Shown here: piece by piece, positions 18,328 to 27,857 of the stretch
How positions within the stretch are numbered: the stretch's first letter is position 1
How the letters are laid out: the number at the start of each line of letters is the position of its first letter
Source: Vitrella brassicaformis CCMP3155
Taxonomy: Eukaryota; Protista; Chromerida
Assembly: GCA_001179505.1 (NCBI GenBank)
Contig: CDMY01000715.1
Location: 1-27,857 of the forward strand
Direction: 5' to 3'
Length of the DNA stretch: 27,857 nucleotides
Notes under the pieces: generated by a model
Database searches by the model: none
What the model was told of the DNA's origin: nothing
The model's input: only the letters and a program-made list of their open reading frames with translations
Translations under genes and position numbers: made by a program

Positions 18328-19847
18328 GGGGGGGGGGGGGGGGGAGAGGGGGGAAGGGGGAACAGGTGAGTGAGCGATGACGGTGTGCATGGTGTGGATG
18401 GGAAGGACTAGTACGAGTCCGTGGTGTATTGTGACCTGCCGTGTGTGCGTGCGTGTGTCAATTTTGGGATGTTGTCCCGGTAGCTCGTTAAATCGGCGAC
18501 AGCCAGTCACCCATCCATCAATCCATCCAGGCGTCCATCACACAGCCAAACGGGGTCTTTACAGATGTGGGGGACACACACATTCACACCGACACACCCC
18601 ACACAGGCAGACAGCCATCCAGCCGCGCATGTGCGCACCCACACACCACATGGAAATCGATGCCACGGGGTGTGGGCATGCGAACAGGCCGCGCCAGTTG
18701 GAATATCTGCCTGGTTCGAATCAGTCATCCAAAAGCAAGTAACCCACCAACAAGCAACCGAGAGAGCCGCACGCACACACATGGATGGATTCTCTACAGG
18801 TCACTGGCTCGCTCAGAAGTAGTGTGTGTGGGCCGTAGAGCGTGTGTAGTGTGCGCGTGCGTGTCGCGTGTTGGGAATGTTACCGTAGTAGCTTAACGGG
18901 GTGTGTCTGCAATGGCACGTACGTATGCGTTCATCGGAAGGGGGGCCCCTCGTCGGTATGGCAGTCCACGCCTCAGAGTAGCCATGCCATCCACATCACA
19001 CACACCAACACATGAGCACGAGCACGACAGCCAGTCTGTCCATCCATTAGTCCATCAAAAAGATAGGAACCATATCTGCCCGTCAGGCGGTCCGTCTGCG
19101 TACACACACGCCACACACACACAAGAGTCAGTCACACATGTGTACACACACCAGTCAGTCAGAGATAGAATGCGTCTGTCCGGATGGCGTGGCGTGGCGT
19201 GACATGGTATATGCTATGGGGAAGGCGGCGTGTGTCTGAGAGGAGAGGACCACAGTGGGTTGGGATCTCTCCCCCTCTCTCCAGCTCAACTATCATACAC
19301 TACCCAACACGCGCACATACCGCCCCTCGCTCCCTCTCTCTGTGTGTCTGGGTGTGGTGCGCGTGTGAGGCAGGCAGGCTCGCGAGAGGAAGGGGCGGTG
19401 TGTGTCGCCTCGCTGTGTTGTGTGAGGTGAACCAGTCAGTCACGGGCAGTCTGTCTGATCTGATCTGTCCGTTGGTTTAACTTACCCCTCCCCTCCCTCC
19501 CCACTCGACTCACTTCCCCTGTAATCGACCATATCACTTGCGACGCGAGCATAGCAGCTACACCGACCACACAAACCAACAGCCACTCAGTCAGTCGGAC
19601 AGACACCCACCAACAGCCAAGCCCCCCATATGTGCATCACGTGTGCGGTGCGTATGGTGTGATATGGATGGACGGAATGGCTGCATGCAGGCGCCGCCAG
19701 CCAAAAACAGCCACACTCCACCCACAAGACACCACATCACACCACACCACGGCACGGCAACACACACACACACCCCGGTATGGAAAGAAAGAAACGCAAC
19801 ACGCACGCAAGCTAGTCTATGTGTGTGTGTGTTAGGGGTATTATCTA

Positions 19848-20647
19848 TCACTCCATGGCCTTCTTGCCCTTGCCGGCGGGGGCCCCCACCTGCTGCTGCT
19901 TGCCGGTCTTCTTCATGAGGGACTTGTGGATGTGGGGGATCACACCGCCGCCGGCAATGGTGGCCTTGATCAACGTGTCCAACTCCTCGTCACCGCGAAT
20001 CGCCAACTGCAGGTGCCGCGGCGTGATGCGCTTCACCTACACACAACACAACACAACACACATAACATGGTGAGGGGTGCATGACGGCATGCGTGTGCTG
20101 TGCCGTGTGTGGGGTGTGGGGGTGGCCGCGCACCTTGAGATCCTTGGATGCGTTGCCGGCGAGCTCGAGCACCTCGGCGGTGAGGTACTCGAGGATGGCG
20201 GCCGAGTAGACGGCGGCGGTGGCGCCCACACGGCTGGAGGCACTCACGCGGGACTTGAGCAGACGGTGCAGACGCCCTACGGGGAACTGCAGACCGGCGC
20301 GGGCACTCCGCGACAGCGGAGCCTTCTTGCCCTTGCCAGAACCGCCAACCTTGCCCTTGGCGCCGACCTTCCCGCCGACCTTCCCGCCAACCTTGCCACC
20401 CTTGCCACCAACTGATGACGCACACAGAAACCACCACACACACAGAGACATGAGCCATGGCTCTCACAACATCTCTCATGAGCATGCATGGGGCGTCATG
20501 GAGCCTCCCTTCACGACGCGTTGTGTCTCATGCCCACTCCGCCCCCCGCCAGCCCTCCCCGGCCTCGCTGCAGGCTTTTCACCGTGCGGTTTGCGTACCT
20601 TTGCCACCCTTCCCGCCGACGGCTCCGACCTGCGGCACACTGCTCAT
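19848..20647 (-). CDS. H2A.Z: Histone H2A.Z, apicomplexan-type long GGK tail, 3 exons, 171 aa; complement(join(19848..20036,20134..20411,20599..20647))
   Basis: [93 protein letters not shown] is diagnostic of H2A.Z. Exon 1 [16 protein letters not shown] splices in phase 1. Confidence 0.97.
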
Positions 20648-20871
20648 GGCGTCGACTAGGCGAGGAGCGCAAACGGACTGATATCAACCAGCTGAGCCTT
20701 TTCTAAAGCGCCGCGAGGGACAGCGACGCTAGCAACAGCAGAGAGCGATAGGCAGAGCACGAGAAGCGTGACAGAAACCCAGAACGAGACGATTTTGCGG
20801 CCAACACTTCCCAAGTCCTGCGAGCCTTTAGCTCGCAACCGGGAAGAAGGCGGAAGGCTGTTGTCTGCAAA
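20648..20871. promoter_or_regulatory. Putative 224-bp bidirectional promoter (H2A.Z / plastid protein)
   Basis: Divergent start codons at 20647 and 20872. Confidence 0.5.
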
Positions 20872-21456
20872 ATGAAGTTTGTGTGCTCTATCCTGGTCGC
20901 CTTGGCCTCCTTGGCCATTGCCAGCGGCTTTGTGAGCACGCCCCTGAGGCGGATCTCATCCCGGCCCTCATCTCCCGCCACCCCCTCATCGCTCCAAATG
21001 AGATCTCCCTCGCCACCATCACCATCACCACCACAGATGGAAGATACGGCCTCCCCCCTCCCTCTGCTTGCGCCGCTGCTCGGCCTCGCATCTGCCGCTC
21101 TGCCGTCAGTCGCACAGGCAGGCGAGATTGTGGATGGCGTGTATGAGCTCAAGGAGCCCTGCCGCGAATTCCTCGGCGTGGCGCTTTGCATCCCCGTGCC
21201 CGACGCCGTCAATGCCTTCGTGGGTCTGGACTGGGGCCGGTACATCACTCTGACGTGCCTGGGTCTGTTTGGGTTTCTGGCGCTGTATGGGCTGATCCGG
21301 GTGCCGCTAGCCGAGCCGCTGCGTGAGCTGCCTGAGCAGCAGTACCCGCCGCTCTTCACTGCTGATGGGGAGGCCTACCTGGACGAGCTGAGGACGGAGC
21401 TGGGCACCAAGGGGATTGTCGCCAAGAACCCCTACCCGACCAGCAAGGACAACTAG
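20872..21456 (+). CDS. Intronless nucleus-encoded plastid (probably thylakoid) single-pass membrane protein, 194 aa, unknown family
   Basis: Signal peptide MKFVCSILVALASLAIASG|F, then an S/P/R-rich transit peptide, a second hydrophobic leader ending AQA|, and a mature part with one TM (YITLTCLGLFGFLALYGLI). Confidence 0.85.
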   Translation: MKFVCSILVALASLAIASGFVSTPLRRISSRPSSPATPSSLQMRSPSPPSPSPPQMEDTASPLPLLAPLLGLASAALPSVAQAGEIVDGVYELKEPCREFLGVALCIPVPDAVNAFVGLDWGRYITLTCLGLFGFLALYGLIRVPLAEPLRELPEQQYPPLFTADGEAYLDELRTELGTKGIVAKNPYPTSKDN

Positions 21457-22132
21457 ATCACATCAAGACCGAGAGAGAGATCGGGTGTGGTGTGATGTGT
21501 GATGGGAGAGAGAGAGAGATCTGAGTTTTGACTTGCTGAGTGGCGGATGAATGACACGTGCGGTGGGAGAGAGAGGGGGGGAGGGATGTGATCTACTACT
21601 CAGCCGTGAGGAAGGAAGGCTCAGCACAGTCAGAACATGCTTACTCTTTGCCCTGGCTGGGAGTTTGGCTGTGGTCTCCAATGCCACAGAAGGTGTTGGC
21701 CGCCTTGCCGACAGCTTGTGCGGCACCGGAGGGTCGGATACCAGCCCCACTCACAGGCTAATGTGATGTGATATTATGATGGGGTGATAGTGTATGCGCC
21801 TGTCTGAGCAGTGTGTGGGGGTGATGGCTCTCAGAAAGTGAGCACCACACGGCAGCCATATGGCCAACACGTGTGTGGTGCTGCCGTGTAGTGCTTGATT
21901 TCTTGAGGGAGCCATCATCTGCACTGCACTGCTTTGTGGTGTTGGTATTTTTGTCCTCTGGCTCACTGCAATATGGGCTGGTCGGTCAGGGGACACGACA
22001 CTTTCAGACATTAATGGCTCGCCACTTTGAAACTCCTTCCTTCCCTTCTGACTCCATCGCGGGGGCTGCGAGCTTAGCAAAGCGGTCCCATCATTGAGTT
22101 TGTTGCATCGCCATGATGCGTTCCAGCAAAGG

Positions 22133-25100
22133 ATGAAGCAGATGGCCACCCGAACACTCGCCCGCCGGCGGAGGGCCTTCGCCACACTCGCCAGACGCCA
22201 CGACCACGCACACACCGTCCTCCCATCCACCTCATTCGCACACACAAGACGGGCACAGCACACACAGGCCGACCAAGCGGCACACAGTGGACACAATGAT
22301 CCCCATCCCGGCAAGGCGCCACAACCACAACCGGGCTTCCTGCAACAGTACATGCAGACTGTCGACAGCATGACAGCAGTCAACCACCACCAGCAGCAGC
22401 AGCAGCAGCAGCCGGCTGGTCCGTCGATGGACTTCCCGACGGAGAGTATGGGTCATTGCAGTGTGGAAGATGTGGCGGTGCTGCAGGCGTCTTATGCGGC
22501 GGAGTGGGTGAGCAGCCCGCTGAGCGTCCACGAGAAGGACGTCCTGCAGCAGCGGTGGATTGCTATGACGCAGGATGAGGCGTGCTGCAGATTCCTCAAG
22601 GTGACCACACCAGACCAGACACACAGTCCGGCAGCCAGCCAGACACACAGACACACAGACAGACCCACACCACCTGTGGTGCATGCCCCGTGTGTCTGTG
22701 TGTCTGTGTGTGTGTGTGTGTGTGTGTCTGTAGGACAAGTGTGACATCCCTTTGTTCTTCTTGAAGGACCGGCGGCTGCAGCAGCGCTTCTGCCTGTACG
22801 TTAACAACGCCCCCCCACTGCTCAAGGACCTGCGCGCATCCCTCCTCGGCCTCTTCGACCCACACAAGGCCGACCTGCGCAACGACAAAACATACAACAT
22901 GGTGGAGTGAGTCAGTCAGGAAGTGCCAGTGTCACGCCACGCCCACACAGAGAATGCATGCCCGCTCTAATCGCTTTCTGTTCAGATGCTGCAATCGGTG
23001 GATGATGGCTCTCCAGCACCAGCACCAGCACCACCAACAGCAGCAGCAGAATGGTCGTCAGGACGGCGGGAGATAATGGACCAAGCGTCATGCGGAGAAC
23101 CACAGCCGTGGGAGGTGCACCGGCTGTTGCTGAGCCAGGTGCAGCAGTACGGCCCCCTGATGAGGGCGCTGCTGCCCTTCCTCGCAGAGTCGTACGGCGA
23201 GCAGCTCATCGCATTTCGGAACGTCAAGGGATTGGCGGTAAGTGCCAAAGAGGGAGGGAGGGAGGGAGGGAGGGGTGTGCTATGAGTGTGATGGTTGGTC
23301 AGGATTTGCGTCTGCCTCACGAGTCCTATCCGGCTGCTCGTGCGTCGCCCCGAGCCGTGCACATCCACGTGGGCCCCACCAACAGCGGCAAGACCCACCA
23401 CGCCCTCAGACGACTTGCTACCGCACACACAGGCACGCATCACAACACACTTCACTTGGACAGACTGACGGAAAGACCACGCCTCCACACAATCGTGTGT
23501 GTGTGTGTAGGTGTGTATTGCGGCCCATTGCGTCTGCTTGCGTGGGAGGTGCACGAGAAGCTGACAGCGGGGGGCATCAAGTGCGACCTGCTCACCGGAC
23601 AGGAAACCGTCAAACAAGACGTACGCACACACACACACACACGGCGATTGATGCCATCCTATGCACACCAAGTGTGAAGAAAACCGAGTGCACTGGTCTG
23701 GTGTGGTCTCTGTGTGTGTGTGCCATAGGGTTCTCATCACCTGTCGTGTACAGTAGAGATGGCGCCCATGGGTGTGCCGGTGGAGTGTGCCGTCATCGAC
23801 GAGATGCAGATGGTCGGCGACAAACAGCGGGGTGCCGCGTGGACCAGGGCATTCCTCGCCATTCAGGTACTCAACGCACCCTCGTCAGTCACACACAGAC
23901 GGGACGGGAGACGATCCTGATGGGTCGTATGTGCGTGTGCGTGTAGGCCGAGGAGCTGCATGTGTGTGGCGACCCCCGGTTTGCGGAGCTCATTAGAGAG
24001 ATCGCCGCAGACTGCGGCGACCAGGTCAGGTTGGTCAGACAAACCAAGACACCCACACCCCCCACCCCACCGCATGGCATGTTGTGTGTTCACCCATCCC
24101 CATGAATCGTTCAGGTGTTCCTGCATTCGTACGAGCGGCTGTCTCCTTTATCTGTGGCACCGTCGTCTCTGTCGTCATTGGATGCGGTGGAGGACCACGA
24201 CTGCGTCATATGCTTCACGCGCAAAGACATCCTCAGGATGAAAAGAGACCTAGAGAAGCTAGGTAGGCAGGTACCTACCTGCTGGACGGGCGCCTGTCCA
24301 TATGCTATGCGTGTGTGTGTAGGTCGGAGTGTGTGTGTGGTGTACGGCTCATTGCCCCCCGAGACGCGCAGGCAGCAGGCCCGGCTCTTCAACGACCCAC
24401 ACACACAAGTACGCACACACAACGACAGCAACACAGCACATGCACCCACGTGCCTCTCCATCCCTCCCTCCCTCCCTGCCCCGGTCAGCACCGTGTGTTG
24501 GTGGCGTCCGACGCTGTGGGTATGGGGCTGAATCTGAATATCCGGCGCATAGTCTTCCGCTCACTCAAGAAGTATGACGGCAGCGGTGTTCGGCAGCTCA
24601 CGCCTTTAGAGATCAAACAAATCGCCGGACGCGCCGGCAGGTAAGGTACTTGTGGGGGTGGGTGAGGTAGGCAGGGGATGTGTGTGCGTGTGCGTGTGGG
24701 ATGATGTGTAGGTATCAGAGCGAGCACCCGGAGGGCTGGGTGACGTGTCTCAGGGAAGACGAATTCGACACTCTCAAAGAGGCAATGGGAGGTGAGCTGC
24801 GAGCCAGACACACCACACAAGCATCCCCTCACACCACATCACACAACTTCTCACCTCTCCCCTCCCTCCCTCCCTCCCTCCCTGTGTGAGCTACAGCCCC
24901 TGTGGACAGTGATGCGGTCGATCGCGCCGGCCTTTTCCCGACATTTGAACAATTTGACGCGTTCAGGTATGGACCCCCCCCCCGCCCCCGAAACACACCA
25001 CACACTGCACCATGCCTCACCCACTCGCTGCGTGAATGCAGTCGTGAGCTGGAGGGCGAAGCGAAGAGGCCGCTGCCCTTCGACGAACTACTGCAAAGGT

Positions 25101-26697
25101 GCCCACACACACATACACAGGGAGAGTCGAAGCACTCTTTTCGACTGTCTGTCTGTCTGTGAGCAGGTATCTGGAGTTGTCGGCAGTGAGCTCCAAGTAC
25201 TTCGTGGTGGACAGCGACAACACATTGCGGCTGGCCAGGGCTTTGCAGGACGTCACCAACTTGCAGCGGGTGGAGCTGTTTGACTTCTGCCAGGCCCCGG
25301 TGGACGCCGACGACCTCGTTGCCGTCACCGCACTCAGGACATTCGCGCAGTACTACAGGTAGGTGATTTGATGGGTCAAACCACACGCAGAGAGGGGAGG
25401 AAGGGCTGGCTGATGAGCAAATGGATGTGTGTGTCGTCTGTCTTCAGTTCGTTCATGAGTGTGCCTTTGCCGAGTGCGTATGACGTGGCTCGTGATGGGG
25501 TCGAGTTGGAGCCGCCCAGGACCTTCAACGAGCTCTACCATTACGAGCTGCTCTACAAGGTCCGTCTCACATTCCACACCAACACACAGGCTGCCTTCTT
25601 GAATGTCCGCGCGCGTCTGTGCACCACCACATCAATCAGATATTGGACACCTACGTGTGGCTGGCCCGCCGCTACTCGACCGACGTCTTTCCCGACACCC
25701 ATTCAGCGCAGTCCAGCAAGCAGCGGCTGGCGGCCCTCATCAACGACGGCCTCAGCAACACCGCCCACCCCATTACGAGCGAAGACTTCATCTCGGCCAT
25801 ACGGGATGACAACGACCCCTGTGCAGAGACCGACAGCTCAGCCATGGAGGAGGGGCAGCAGAGGCCGAGTGCGTTGGCAGAGGCGATAGAGGACACAGTG
25901 GAGGAGGACAGGATCCGCCGCACTTACCTGGAGGACATGTCGGTGGAGCGGCAGCAGCAGGAGCGGCTGCTCGCTATGATGGCCTCCCAGGGATTTGTCA
26001 TGCCCACGACCCCCACCACCACAACCAACCGAGGGAAGGCCGGCAGCAGCAAGACGGCCCCGCCCCGCCCCCCTGTGTGTGTGCCGACGTCCTCTCTGTT
26101 CAAGCAGCACCGGCAGCCGATTTCTGCAGACGTCACCGTGCCCAGCACACGAGAGAACAAGACCGGCAAGAAGACACACGCGACTTCACGGGCACGTCTG
26201 CAGCTGATAGATGAGATCCATCGGGCAACGGATGAACGAGACAACAAATCCGACACGCAGCCACCGCCTGTGTCGACTGCTGACCATTGCAAGGAGGGAG
26301 AGCCCGAGGCAGGAAGGGAGAGCAAGAGCCGCATCATCCAGTTCAACGACGATGGTACGCCATTCACACACACACACACACACACGCCGCCACACAGCAC
26401 AGCACACTCACCCACATGGTCGCTGTCTGCCCTCTTGTGCCTTTTCTCCCAACAGCACAGCAAGAGACGCAGGACGGCAAAGCCCCACTCCCTCTCTCGT
26501 CACACACTGCTTCCGTCGGGGTCCGCCGGAGTGCATGGCGGCCCGCGATGAGCATCGATACAGCACGAGACATCACCACCAGCAGCAGCAAGGTCAACGT
26601 CCTGAAGCGGGGTGTATTTCGACGTGACGGCCAGCGGACGACTCTAGATAGTGCAGCAGCAGCTGCTGCCTCGGGAGGGGCAGGGGGGGGGGGATGA
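22133..26697 (+). CDS. SUV3: SUV3-like mitochondrial ATP-dependent RNA helicase, 17 exons, ~1065 aa; join(22133..22600,22734..22901,22986..23237,23303..23432,23511..23620,23729..23866,23947..24024,24115..24262,24323..24408,24489..24640,24712..24791,24897..24966,25042..25098,25167..25358,25448..25559,25640..26354,26456..26697)
   Basis: Motifs [106 protein letters not shown]. The Arg-rich, acid-free N-terminus ([20 protein letters not shown]) resembles a mitochondrial presequence. The start could be 22133 or 22142. Confidence 0.95.
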
Positions 26698-27274
26698 CGA
26701 GAGCCTCGCTGACAGGCTGGTGAGCAAATGAAGGAAGCTATAGTTCAACATAGTGAGTGCCACGTGTGTGTGCTTAATTGTGGGTTGGTTGTGTTGATGC
26801 AGGCAGGCGATGCGATGCCTGTGTCAACCAGCCCGTCCCTTGACTGACTGACTCGGCTTCTTTGAGTGCCCACCCCACCCCCCTATCAAACCAATGAGTG
26901 GATGGATGGATGGATGGCGTAGCAGGAAGATAGGTAGGTAGGGTGGTGTGGCGTATAGTATAGAGCTCTAGTCGGTCAGTCTCCACGGGATGGGTCACGG
27001 ATGTGGTTGATGTGCGTGAGTGTGCACTTAATGGACATGCACAGCACTGCGGGACGCTTTACTCGTATCGTGTTTGACTGACTTGTGTGTCTCCAACACA
27101 CACACACAGTCTCAACTCACTGATCGAAGGATATGTGTGTGTGTCGTCCACGGATGCCCTGATCTGCGCCCTCGGGTCAGGCGCAGTTCAGCACTTGCTC
27201 CCAGTGCGTCGCTGGGCATGACCCATGGATGAATAATCCAGACATCCACCCACACGACAACACTCACACGCATC

Positions 27275-27857
27275 TCAATGAATCTCAATGAAGGGGTAAG
27301 AGAGAGTAAAGACAGGACAACCGCAGTAACCGACGCACGTAGCGACAGGTGCTCCTGCGTTTGTGTGCGTCGGCTCCCGGAGCCGCCACGACTTCATCTT
27401 TCGCACAGACTCCCACGGCGGAGGCTTCTGGTGCTGCTGTGCGGAGGGCAGAGAGGACGCAGCTGAGGCAACAGCCGAGGAAGCGGCGCCTGCAGCCAGC
27501 AACATGCATAAGTCGTGCTTGTGTGCGGTGCGCCTGTGGGGTGTGTCGTGTGTATGCCTACCCTCTCGATTTGCCGATGAGGGTGCCCAGCCTGAGTGCG
27601 CCTTTGCCTCCCGCTCCATCACTAACTCCGGTTGGCCAACACAGATCAGACCTCCTCAGGAGTCAGCCGTCAGACCCGCACCACTCGCCACACGGCATTC
27701 AGCGTGCGTCCTCCTTAAGGTCTTCTCCATTTCCTCACCGCGAGCTTGGATCAGGACTCATCTGCTCAGTCAGGGGCAAGATCTTGTCCTTTAAGTAAGC
27801 GACGTTCCGATGATGCATGGCATGGCCAGCAGGGTGCATTCATCTCATCTGTTTCGT
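27275..27857 (-). CDS. Possible 3' portion of a gene entering from the right edge (hypothetical protein)
   Basis: One plausible phase-1 GT-AG intron (27490-27561, CA-rich 5' half) inside ORF 27275..27622; no recognisable domain, and the other exons are unresolved. Confidence 0.3.

Noticed and set aside
18377-19847. Several short ORFs after the gap
   Set aside because: The translations are dominated by microsatellite-derived H/T/C/V runs; probably UTR or intergenic.
21463-22097. ORFs between the plastid-protein gene and SUV3, including a hydrophobic LLFALAGSLAVVS stretch
   Set aside because: No suitable ATG or splice chain and no recognisable domain.
27349-27798. Plus-strand ORFs at the right edge
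   Set aside because: Intron-like polarity favours a minus-strand transcript; no domain evidence.

Overview
Intron-rich, GC-rich eukaryotic genomic DNA, most likely from a chromerid alveolate such as Vitrella. This is an inference from the short (CA)n/(GT)n-rich introns, an apicomplexan-type GGK-repeat H2A.Z and a signal+Phe plastid leader. Hand-splicing gives, in order: (1) an ankyrin-repeat gene (+) with a likely 7-nt first coding exon that creates an N-myristoylation motif; (2) a 14-exon tail-anchored coiled-coil (golgin-like) gene (-); (3) two paralogous genes (-) for secreted His/Arg-rich + Glu-rich proteins, A (7 exons) and B (22 exons), built almost entirely from phase-1 symmetric exons, with visible exon duplication, a likely gene-conversion tract and probable intronization; (4) a type II membrane clan GH-A-like glycoside hydrolase, gene C (+), head-to-head with B, with a decayed copy of its promoter and 5' end lying next to A; (5) a 300-N gap; (6) histone H2A.Z (-) head-to-head with an intronless gene for a plastid/thylakoid-targeted protein of unknown identity (+); (7) a 17-exon SUV3 helicase gene (+); (8) a possible gene fragment (-) at the right edge. 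No rRNA, tRNA, CRISPR array or recognisable transposon was seen. All exon models are manual and need RNA-seq confirmation.
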